Below the pieces are notes generated by a model. It had not been told where the DNA came from. It saw only the letters and a program-made list of their open reading frames with translations, and searched no databases. Of a DNA stretch of 64,000 bases, positions 1 to 10,355 are shown one piece after another (within the stretch, counting starts at the first letter, position 1; each line of letters begins with the position of its first letter). A program made the position numbers and the translations under genes. This DNA comes from Lama guanicoe (Eukaryota): NCBI GenBank assembly GCA_013239625.1, contig MU055928.1:30603118-30667117 (forward strand), written 5' to 3'.

Positions 1-99
1 GTGCCATCTCTGCCCCGCGTCCGCGGTCTGCACAAGCCCAGTCCTAGCCCGGATCCCCGCCCGTCCTGCACCCGCCACATCCATCGGCCGCCTCTTTAC

Positions 100-253
100 C
101 TAGAGTCAGCAGCACCGCGAGGAGCGCCACCACGACTGACAGCAGCGTCGGGTCCCTCTGCTGCAGCTCCTGCCGCAAGGAGTCCAGGTAGGGCTGGAAA
201 GTGCCCCCGGCACCGCCGCCATCCCCTACCCGCCGGGAGTCCGCGGAAGCCAT
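100..253 (-). CDS. SRPRB: SRP receptor beta subunit, coding exon 1 (gene continues beyond left edge)
   Basis: ATG at 253 gives MASADSRRVGDGGGAGGTFQPYLDSLRQELQQRDPTLLSVVVALLAVLLTL, the SRPRB N-terminus with signal anchor; 154 nt; donor G|GTAAAG at 100/99; SRPRB is the known downstream neighbour of TF. Confidence 0.95.
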
Positions 254-299
254 GGCTGAGATGCGTGGTATCCGGCACCACGAAAGCAACGTGGCCCTG

Positions 300-435
300 G
301 GCTCTGCGCAGGCGTGCGCAGCGGAGCATCACGGGAGTGGTAGTTCCTAAATTGTATTTCCTCCTTCAGAGGCCGGAATCCCGAAGGTCCTGATGGGAGT
401 TGTAGTTTCTCTTGGACTTCGGGCTTCCGCCGAAA
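300..435 (-). promoter_or_regulatory. SRPRB CpG-island housekeeping promoter
   Basis: CpG-rich; ACTACAACTCCCA (394-406, minus) and ACTACCACTCCCG (332-344) are ZNF143/THAP11-type motifs; TGCGCAGGCGTGCGCA (305-320) is NRF1-like; CCGGAA/CTTCCG ETS cores. Confidence 0.7.
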
Positions 436-1139
436 GTCTGGGCAGCCAGCCACAGGTGTGTGAGTCAAATGTCGCCGCTCTCTTCATGATTCTTGACAAA
501 ATGATGGGTGAATAAAATGAATGACTCAAGAAATCTTTATTGAGGATTTCCAGTCGCTCCATTTGGGAGGTGAGTCTTATGAGGAACTCAAGCATTACAC
601 AAACATTTCATCTGAATATAATGTGGCACGGGGTGACAGAGGATCTAAGTAGCGATTTGAGAATGCAAGAAGGAACGCTTAGTCCATCGTAGGTTCAGAG
701 AACAGTTCCTGGAGAAAAATGCCAGGAACTGAGCCAAGAAGGATCCGTTAGCCTCTTCAGGCGTGACAGAAAAAAGGGTGCTCTGTGCAGAAGAAAGTGA
801 GCAATTTGATGTCCCCCCACTGTAAATCTAGGGCTGCAACTGAAATACCTACATTAAGGGAAGCAGCCAAGAAAATCCATAGGAGGGATGGGGATGATTG
901 AAAACTGCAGCTGTCACTCCTGCCCAAAGGAGGCAGCCACCACTCTGCCAGGCAGGTATGTGGGACCACGGTGGCCAGTTCTTCAGTTTTTCAAGATAAG
1001 CCAGAAAGAAGTTTTTAAGGGAAATTTCCCACTTTTCAAATTTCAGCAAATAATAAGAACTTGTGGCCCAAATAAAACACCTCATCGGGTCAGAAGTGGC
1101 CAGCCTAGGGGCTCTGCCGGTTTTCAGTCTCTGTCATTA

Positions 1140-1820
1140 GCAGGTGTCTTTGCAGCAGAAGTGGCAGAAGATGAAACAGGAAATGTTGGCAAAAACCAGG
1201 CCTGAAGGGAATGTGTGCTATGCTGAGGAACCTAGGCCTTATCCAGAATGCAGTAAGAATTTTCGGTTGGAGGTGAGATTGATGATTGTCAGATCAATGG
1301 AGAGCTGTGGTTTGAGAGAAAAAAGACTGGGGGTAGGGAGACTAGCTGGAGACTATTGCTGTATTTTGACAAATGAGGCACAGGGGCTGAGCCAGGGACA
1401 GAGGTAAGTGTGGAAAGGCAGCCACAGCTATGAGAGATATTTAGAAGGAAAATATATAGGATTTGGTGATTAACTGGATATGCCGAGTTAAGAAGAAAGA
1501 GAGTTATCAAGACTGCATCTGAAGCAATTGGTGTGCATTACTGGGAAGATCAAAGTGCTTAACATAAATTAGAGAATTCAGTTAGAGGGACTTTGGAGCC
1601 GGGAGCAGAGCAAGGATGAAAATCACCTCTCTTTTGTGTATGTGGAGTTTCCAGTGACTCTGGGGAATCTAAAATCGTATATCAAGCAGGTGATACAGTG
1701 AACAAATGTGAGGTTTCAGCAGTAGGTGCTATTTTCACTTGGGAGCCATATGTAAACAAGTGGTCATTAAATCATGGAGCTCACGAAGAGTGAGGAGGAG
1801 AGGGGACCACACCAAGAAGC
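1140..1820 (-). mobile_element. Degraded L2 LINE fragment
   Basis: Purine-rich plus strand with typical L2 motifs (gagatatttagaagg...ataggatttggtgataactggatatg); boundaries approximate. Confidence 0.55.
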
Positions 1821-1999
1821 CTAAGAAGGGAGAGTCAGTGACACAGGAGTAAAATACGTCCTGGAAATAGTCAGCAGCATCTCTGCAACAGATGATGAGG
1901 CTTGAATGAAAGTGGGGTCAGGGGAAACATCAGGGTGAGGATTGGGAGGGGGGTTATGGAAGCAAGACTGTAGGAGGTAGAGAAAAGGGTGGATCATGA

Positions 2000-2150
2000 G
2001 ATTAATTACTAATGTTAATGAGTGCTTGCTAGTTCCAGGCATTGTTCTAAATACTTTATTAATGTGTATAATCCTCACAATGACCCACTATCCTAGTTTT
2101 ACTGAAGGCAAACTGAGATGGGGGTTAAGTAACCCACCTGGTGATCCCAG
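2000..2150 (-). mobile_element. MIR SINE fragment
   Basis: aatgagtgcttgctagttccaggcattgttctaaatacttt...aaactgagatgggggttaagtaac resembles the MIR core. Confidence 0.55.
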
Positions 2151-2384
2151 GCAGTTGGGCGCCTTTATACACTCTGACACAGCACAATTCATTTTCCAGG
2201 CATTTTGTTGATAAAGGTGGGCAACAGGGACTCCAGATCAGGGAAGGATGTTTAGGATGTGAGGTTAAAGGGAGTAAACCAACTACTTTATTTTAAATTA
2301 GCATTATCAATTAAAAGTAATCTTACCACATTCTATTTCTTTTCTTTCTTATGGTCCCGATCCCTGCTCTGTATCCCCCACCCA

Positions 2385-2419
2385 ACACACACACACACAC
2401 GCGCGCGCGTGCACACACA
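2385..2419. repeat. (CA)n(CG)n microsatellite
   Basis: acacacacacacacacgcgcgcgcgtgcacacac seen directly. Confidence 0.9.
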
Positions 2420-3744
2420 GCTCCTTTATAACTTCTCTTAGGGACTAAAAATGCAGGGAAGAGGGGAAGGACCAGACATGGAGAACACCTGCTGTAACTG
2501 GGCTGACTGCATAAGGATTTGTAGTCAGAGCTCTGTGAGTGGACAAGTGCTATGTTTTGCAGTGAAATTTGGGCATGAAGAAGGAAGGGTTTGATATGAT
2601 AAGACAGGGTCATATTGTTTTTTCAGTTTGTTTCCTGGGTGTTATGAAGTCAGAAGAAATGTGCACACCTTCCACATTCGAGTGAGGAGGTGGTGCCACC
2701 ATGATCAGGAAGGAGAGCAGGAGAGGATGGTGTCAGCAGCTTCCTGTCCTCTCACATCTCCACCCTGAGGGTTCCACAGCCCCCCGGGGGCTCTATGGGG
2801 ACGAGTGTGAAAGAAGGACTCCCAGATACTGACTGCTGCTGGCTGAACGTGCTCTGCTCCCTGCTTCTAACAGCAGGGGGAGAGTTACAGCAAAACCAAT
2901 ACAGATAATTTTTCCTTCTCTTCCACTAGTTAAAATGGCTCATTCACTGGATACATTTTCCCTCTTCTGTACCCAGTAGCTCCAAATCACAAAACGGAGC
3001 CTATCTCAGACTCAGGGACACCAATCATGTGACTCTCCTATCCTGGTTTATCTCTTTAACTCTGTTTCTTTGAAAAAATAGAGCATTAAAAAAAAGAATT
3101 AAAATGAGACATGTTTACTATATTAAAAACTCAAGTAGTAATGAAAGATGAAAGAAGAAAGCCACAAATCACCTTAGTTTTTATACCTATAGGGTCTGGT
3201 GAACATGATTGCAGACATTTCTCTGTACAGATGTACTGACAGGAAGGCAGTCTAATGGGAGGAATAAATAAAAATGAACAGAAATTATTTTCAGAGACTA
3301 TAATATACATTGCTGTGTTCACAGTCCCGAGAGCAGTGCCTGGATCATAGTAGGTATGCAGTGCAATGCCGATAAAATTAGATTTGTTGACTCATTGCAG
3401 TAAGACAGACCGAATGCCAGAGGAATGGTGGGGCATCTCACCAAACAAAGGAAAAGAAAGAGTTATCATAGAATTTAGGGTGAGGATGGAGTTTGGGTGG
3501 ATATTGCATAAAGTCAAGTGTTGCTAGGCTCAAAGAAAAACAGGGCTGTGTGTGAAAATGTGAACATCAGGTCTGGACTGCTAAGTGGACCCACGGTCTG
3601 TTTCCTTGGATACTAGAAAGTTGAGAGATGGGGACTTTTGGGTCCAGAAACCCCCTACCTGCAGCTCTGCCCCTGAGTGTAAATTGAGGCTGTGGTAGGA
3701 ATTAGGGAATGAAGGGGCAAACCGCAGAGTTGTTTAGAAGGCAC

Positions 3745-4490
3745 ATTCAACAGCACTTGCTGACATTGGATGTGGAATGAGGGAAAATAGCGAATTGAAA
3801 TTTGACTCCTCGGTTTACGACTCCTGTGAGTGGGTAGCAGACCATGTCTTTAACTGATATGAAACACATGGAAACAACAGTTGGATTAGGGAGGCAGGAG
3901 AGGGAAGAGGCAAGATGATCACCTCGCTTTTTATTTGTTGGACTTTGGATTTCTGTGAGAACTCTACAGTATCGATGCCCAGGAAGGAGGAGGTATGAGT
4001 GTGAGACACTGGAGGCAGGGATCAGAACTATAGATATAGATGCCCAGGAGGCATTCTCATTCCTTAGGGAGGGTTTGGAAAGTGAGAAGAGCACTGGATC
4101 AAGAGAAGGACCCCAGGAAGATTACCCTGCGATTCCAGAACTGGTAGGATGAACCCACAGTAAGACCACAAATGGACAGAGAGGTAGGCACCAAAGCAGA
4201 GAGCTGCCACGTCAGTGAAGCTGGGGTGAGTTCCAAGGAAGGGTGAACAGTGTCAACAGACTCCGGGATAAAAGAACTGAAATTGGTTTTCACAGCTGGC
4301 AGGTGGATGGTGACCTTGACCAGCATAGCTGCAGGGGAGTGAGTAGAGCAGAAGGCTGATTTCTGTGTGTTCAGCCTTTAACAACAAGTGAGGTGTGGAC
4401 AGAAAGAGGCTCTACCTTTCAGGAGCTCCACTCAGAAGGGGAGGAGATGGGGCAGTGGCTGCTGTGGGAATCGGGGTCCAGGATGATTTT
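3745..4490 (-). mobile_element. Degraded L2 LINE fragment
   Basis: L2-like motifs (cagcacttgctgacattggatgtgg...ggtgaccttgaccagcatagc...gagtgagtagagcagaaggctgatt). Confidence 0.55.
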
Positions 4491-4671
4491 TAGCAAGAAG
4501 AATTTCCAGTGATTCACTTTTCCAAGCCTTAAGGGTCAGGGCTTCAAGTATATTTGATGAAATGTATTAAAAATATTTTTTAAATATTTAAATCTGTATT
4601 CTTTTCCTCTACTGCCTTGAGCACCCCATCTCAATACTCACCCCACATCCCACTTCCTGCCCCTTCCTAGC

Positions 4672-4712
4672 AACACACACACATACACACACACACACAC
4701 AAACACACGCAC
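4672..4712. repeat. Imperfect (CA)n microsatellite
   Basis: CA run seen directly. Confidence 0.85.
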
Positions 4713-4947
4713 AGCCATGTGCAATTGATTCTACTATAATGATATTATAATGACCATGCAGATCCCTTTTAGAAAGAATTGCAACTGGGACTGTACCCAG
4801 AAGGTGTGGCTGTGGCAAAGTGCAGACGGATCTTGAGCTCTGAAGGAAGAGCTAGTTGCACGTGTGTTTAGTCAGATAAAAGAAATTCTTTCAGACCAAA
4901 CATTTAGGAAAAAATGAAATTTTAAAAAGATAAAACCAATAATAATT

Positions 4948-4957
4948 TTTATTTATT
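4948..4957 (-). terminator. TF polyadenylation signal (two overlapping AATAAA)
   Basis: Minus strand reads AAATAAATAAAAATTATTATTG about 135 nt after the TF stop, like the recalled TF 3' end. Confidence 0.85.
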
Positions 4958-5089
4958 TTTTTGTCCTGCAGAGGTACCGCCACCAAACTGTGAAGGCAAC
5001 CAAACCACTCGAGCCAGCAAAACCAGGGGGAAGCATATGCGTCATATGAGCTCCCATCTCCAGCAGGTGGTGGCCCGCAGTCTTGGATT

Positions 5090-5124
5090 TTAATCTCTGT
5101 GGAAAGTGCAGGCTTCCAGGAGTT
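5090..5124 (-). CDS. TF: TF exon 17 (last coding exon)
   Basis: cacag|AA...: (K)LLEACTFHRD then TAA at 5092-5090. Confidence 0.93.
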
Positions 5125-5619
5125 CTGTGGGGGCAAAGCAGAGAGGTAGGACAGTTAAAATCTACCTGTATTTATTTTCTGTTGAGTGAATTAACAGTTA
5201 AGCCTGATAAAAAGGTACTCAGACCTGTTGCCCTGCTCTTCTGATGGGTGGACATGGCCATTCCCCCAGTGGCCTCCTCCTCCTCCCTGCGCAGCCCCTG
5301 TACCAACACCGGGCCCCACACCAAGGATGGTGACATGATTTCCCTGCCCCACATCATCCCCCACCTTGTGTCTTATGAACGGGGCTCCCACACCTGAGTC
5401 CATGTGGCTGGAAGGAACCTAGGAGGACTCCTCTCTGACCTCTTCTTTAGTCAGGTGAGGAACTAACATAAGGAGATGCTCTAAGCACCCAGCGCGTGTC
5501 GGCTTCCATGCTAGGGGCTGGGGATGGAGCAGGGTCCAGCAGAGTCAGAGTCTCCCCCATCACGGACGATATAGGTTAGGTAAATATAACTGGGGTGCTC
5601 ACAACAGTGGCCATGGACA

Positions 5620-5740
5620 AGCATGTTCCTTACACTAGAATTATGTGGACAGCTGTTAAAATGCAGAAACCCTGAACCTGCCATAGACTTGCTGAATCAG
5701 TATCCCCAGGGCCTGGGAATCAGTATCTTAAGGACCGTGG
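5620..5740. mobile_element. MER5-like hAT-Charlie fragment
   Basis: ctgttaaaatgcagaaaccctg...tgctgaatcagtatccccagggcctgggaatc resembles MER5. Confidence 0.5.
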
Positions 5741-5886
5741 CTCATGGACCTGGACTCTGCAGCCGAAGAATACTCGCCCTATAGCTACACGGTATTCTCC
5801 CACGTCTTCCAAATGATTCCACGTGATGAAATGATGTGTGTTTCACCGTCTTCTAACTCTTAGAAAACTGATGTCCTAGATGAGTT

Positions 5887-8205
5887 CAGGCACATCTCAT
5901 TTTATTGTGTTTTCCTTTATTGCGCTTCACNNNNNNNNNNNNNNNNNNNNNNNNNNNNNNNNNNNNNNNNNNNNNNNNNNNNNNNNNNNNNNNNNNNNNN
6001 NNNNNNNNNNNNNNNNNNNNNNNNNNNNNNNNNNNNNNNNNNNNNNNNNNNNNNNNNNNNNNNNNNNNNNNNNNNNNNNNNNNNNNNNNNNNNNNNNNNN
6101 NNNNNNNNNNNNNNNNNNNNNNNNNNNNNNNNNNNNNNNNGGGGCCCCACCAGCCATGCCCATTAAGACAGCAAACTTAATCGATAGATGCTGTGTGTGT
6201 TTTGGNNNNNNNNNNNNNNNNNNNNNNNNNNNNNNNNNNNNNNNNNNNNNNNNNNNNNNNNNNNNNNNNNNNNNNNNNNNNNNNNNNNNNNNNNNNNNNN
6301 NNNNNNNNNNNNNNNNNNNNNNNNNNNNNNNNNNNNNNNNNNNNNNNNNNNNNNNNNNNNNNNNNNNNNNNNNNNNNNNNNNNNNNNNNNNNNNNNNNNN
6401 NNNNNNNNNNNNNNNNNNNNNNNNNNNNNNNNNNNNNNNNNNNNNNNNNNNNNNNNNNNNNNNNNNNNNNNNNNNNNNNNNNNNNNNNNNNNNNNNNNNN
6501 NNNNNNNNNNNNNNNNNNNNNNNNNNNNNNNNNNNNNNNNNNNNNNNNNNNNNNNNNNNNNNNNNNNNNNNNNNNNNNNNNNNNNNNNNNNNNNNNNNNN
6601 NNNNNNNNNNNNNNNNNNNNNNNNNNNNNNNNNNNNNNNNNNNNNNNNNNNNNNNNNNNNNNNNNNNNNNNNNNNNNNNNNNNNNNNNNNNNNNNNNNNN
6701 NNNNNNNNNNNNNNNNNNNNNNNNNNNNNNNNNNNNNNNNNNNNNNNNNNNNNNNCAGTGAAGGTGGCTACACTAAAGGACAGATTTTCGATGTTGATGG
6801 AACAGCNNNNNNNNNNNNNNNNNNNNNNNNNNNNNNNNNNNNNNNNNNNNNNNNNNNNNNNNNNNNNNNNNNNNNNNNNNNNNNNNNNNNNNNNNNNNNN
6901 NNNNNNNNNNNNNNNNNNNNNNNNNNNNNNNNNNNNNNNNNATGCCCATTTAGCGTNNNNNNNNNNNNNNNNNNNNNNNNNNNNNNNNNNNNNNNNNNNN
7001 NNNNNNNNNNNNNNNNNNNNNNNNNNNNNNNNNNNNNNNNNNNNNNNNNNNNNNNNNNNNNNNNNNNNNNNNNNNNNNNNNNNNNNNNNNNNNNNNNNNN
7101 NNNNNNNNNNNNNNNNNNNNNNNNNNNNNNNNNNNNNNNNNNNNNNNNNNNNNNNNNNNNNNNNNNNNNNNNNNNNNNNNNNNNNNNNNCATGCTGTTGT
7201 CATGCCTGCAACACAGCACCCGTTCTGCGGTCCATGGATCAAGGAGTCATTCCGACTTTCAAGTCTTATTATTTAAGAAATACATTTCATAAAGCTATAG
7301 CTGCTATAGATAATGATTCCTCTGATGGATCTGGGCACAGTCAACAGAAAAGCTTCTGGAAAGGCTTCCTCATTCTTGACACCATTAAGGACATTTTGAT
7401 TCATGGGAGAGGTCGGAATNNNNNNNNNNNNNNNNNNNNNNNNNNNNNNNNNNNNNNNNNNNNNNNNNNNNNNNNNNNNNNNNNNNNNNNNNNNNNNNNN
7501 NNNNNNNNNNNNNNNNNNNNNNNNNNNNNNNNNNNNNNNNNNNNNNNNNNNNNNNNNNNNNNNNNNNNNNNNNNNNNNNNNNNNNNNNNNNNNNNNNNNN
7601 NNNNNNNNNNNNNNNNNNNNNNNNNNNNNNNNNNNNNNNNNNNNNNNNNNNNNNNNNNNNNNNNNNNNNNNNNNNNNNNNNNNNNNNNNNNNNNNNNNNN
7701 NNNNNNNNNNNNNNNNNNNNNNNNNNNNNTACAGCAGCGGCAGGGCTTGAGAAGACTGACCTCAATTTTGAAAGAAGTTCTACTGTGGCTAAAATGCTAT
7801 CACACAGCAACACATGCTACAGAGAAATGGTTCATGAAAGGAACAGTCAACTGACATGGCAAACTTCATTGTTGTCTTATTTTAAGAAATTGCCACAGCC
7901 ACTCCAGCCTTAGGCAACCACCCCCCTGGTCCTTTAGCAGCCATGAACATGGAAGCAAAACCTTCCACCAGCAAAAAGATTATGACTCGCTAAAGGCTCA
8001 GATGATAGTTAACATTTTTTAGCAATGAAGTATTTTTAACTAAGATACGTACATTGTTAGACATTGTTTAGACATAATGCCATTGCACACTTTTTGTGTA
8101 GTGCAAACATAACTTTTACATGCGCTGGGAAACCAAAAACTTCATGTGACTTGTTTTATCGCAGTGTTCTGAAACAGAACCCACACAATCTCTGAGGTAT
8201 GCCTG
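5887..8205 (+). mobile_element. Near-full-length Tigger1-family (pogo-like) DNA transposon in TF intron 16, largely N-masked
   Basis: Termini CAGGCACATCTC...GAGGTATGCCTG followed by TA; transposase remnants EGGYTKGQIFDVD and [27 protein letters not shown]; span about 2.3 kb. Confidence 0.9.
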
Positions 8206-8263
8206 TAGTGTGTAGGACAACTTTAGAGTTACCAGAACCGATCATTGTTCGAGCTCTCAGGAG

Positions 8264-8455
8264 CAGTGCCATGTAAAAGAACTCTGCGATGCTGCGAATG
8301 TTCTCTTTAGTCTCCTACGTAGAGCCACATGTATCTGTGGAACACTTAAATTATGGCTGATGTGACAGAGGAACTAAATTTAAAATTTTGTTTAATATTA
8401 ATTAGTATAAATTTAAATAGCCCCATGCAGCTAGAGGCTACCATTTCAAACAGTG
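8264..8455. mobile_element. MER3-like hAT-Charlie element
   Basis: gtgacagaggaactaaatttaaaattttgtttaatattaattag...aaatagccccatgcagctagaggctacc resembles MER3. Confidence 0.65.
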
Positions 8456-8767
8456 CAGCTCTGTATAAAAAGGAGTTTAGAGAGAGCCATGAGCATAGAT
8501 GCATCACTCTCTTCCTTTCTTTAGGAATAGCATGGAATTCTGCATGTCCAAGATTTCACTGCCTTAGTGCCCTCAGCCATGTCCCCTTAACCATCTGTGC
8601 ATACGAGTAGCCTTTCATTCATGCTGGGATTGCATTGTTCCCTCATTATTTCTCTTGTCCATTGGTCATCTCTTGGTGACTACAGCCCACTCCTCCTTTT
8701 GTGTCCAGCACCCAGAACCCCAACCGTATTTGCTTTGCAGGTTCCCCATGCTGTTCCTTCTACTCAC

Positions 8768-8957
8768 TTGATTTTGAACATTGGTTCAGGTTAGACACAG
8801 CCGTGACATATGCATGTCCTAAGTAGGATTCATATGTTGTTTTGTCCGGAAGTGTAGCCAAACATTTGGTGTCATCTCTGAACAGAAGGTCCTTGGTTTC
8901 TGACTGGAACATACAAAAACTGCCCGAGCAGTCATTTCCATTTTTTCCAAATTCATG
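8768..8957 (-). CDS. TF: TF exon 16
   Basis: [63 protein letters not shown]; 190 nt; cag/GTGAG boundaries. Confidence 0.95.
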
Positions 8958-10170
8958 CTGTCAAATGGACAGAAAGCACATGGGGACCTGTGACAAAGAG
9001 CTGCTGGGAGCACAAGGATGGGCTGGAGGAGGAGGCTAAAGGAGCCGGGAACCAGCCTGGGAAGAAAGGGAGGCTGCAAAGGATGTCCCAGGATCTTCCC
9101 ACATCCCTCACCTGGCATTCACACAATTATGGACCCCAAATCCATGCTTCCATGAGGCCCCAGAGTCCTCTGTGGGGTCTATCTTGGCCCCATCTCCTGG
9201 GAACAGTCCCTCCCTCCCCCTTCCCACCCACCCTCTGCTGACTTCTGTGATCTCTCTTCCCCACTTCGTTGGCCATGGCCTTGGAGACTGCTTCCAGGAA
9301 ATGAGAGGACAAAAACGTGTCCCCTCTAAGTATTATTATCAAAGAAGATATTAAATATAAGCCACCCAGTGAGGGCTGGTACAGGTAGCTGCTGAAAGTT
9401 CATGTTTGACTGCATCTTTGTTCCTGTCTTGATAAAGGCTTGACTCCTCTAGGCCTTCTAAGATTATAAGTGAAATAATAATTACAAAAAGTTTAGCATT
9501 CCGTCTAGAACCCAGGAAATGTTTATTAAATGCTAATTATTAGTATCATTTACCTTAAGAGGACTCACAAAGGAATACTATCTTAATCAAAAAAAGAAAA
9601 GAAAACTGATGGTGGATCAGCAGGCAGGACGCTGTCGCTGAGGGTGGGTGGTGTTTGCGGGGGGAGGATGAGAACACACAGGCAGCCCCCTCCCCAACAA
9701 GGCCAGCCCTGGTTGGTTGTTCCCCCAGAGGACAAGCTCCCTCAGGGTAGGGTTCCTGGGTTTTTCTGCCTGTTGGAATGGTTCTCAGTCTGCCTATGCA
9801 AGAGAAACACAGTCTACATTTCATGACTCGTATCAAGAAGGGCTGGGAAACAGGACCAGTCACCTTCATTTAAAAAAAAAAAAGGCAAAGGCAGGGGAAT
9901 GTGAGGGTACCACAGAGCAAGGTCAGAGCCCAGATGCAAGGGAGATGCTTAGACCCGGGAAATGTGCATTAGATGGTGTGTGGCCGTCGGTGAGCAGAAG
10001 ATACGAGAGGAGCCAGGCCTGGGAGACCCAGTTCCACAATCCATGCCCTCCCAATTCTTGCCTTCCGAAAAAGAATGCTGGAATGTGGGCTGGCACTTGG
10101 CTGTGAACTCTCCCAAACAGTCCATACCCACCTGGGGAAGGAAGGGTTGGAGGCCCTGGCTGGTCCATAC

Positions 10171-10355
10171 CTGCTGGCTAAGTAGCTTATTGCGAACACA
10201 AGCTGCCTTATCTTCCCGTGAGACCACAGCATGATGTGGGGCTTGGGCCAGGTGGCAGCTCTCAGCCTTGTCCACAGACTTCCTGGTGCCATCAGTGCAC
10301 AACAGCTGAAAATTCTCTGGCTTCAGGTCTTTTGCCCACGCGTCAGTGTTTCTTC
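10171..10355 (-). CDS. TF: TF exon 15
   Basis: [62 protein letters not shown]; 185 nt; contains the C-lobe His ligand. Confidence 0.95.

Noticed and set aside
1-468. Overlapping ORFs around SRPRB exon 1
   Set aside because: CpG-island shadow ORFs; only the frame starting at ATG 253 matches SRPRB
3370-3700. Possible old LTR fragment between TF and SRPRB
   Set aside because: Only a vague resemblance; no termini or TSD could be defined by eye
5880-7854. Long ORFs (293-553 aa) in the ORF track
   Set aside because: They run through N tracts; the readable parts are frameshifted Tigger1 transposase remnants
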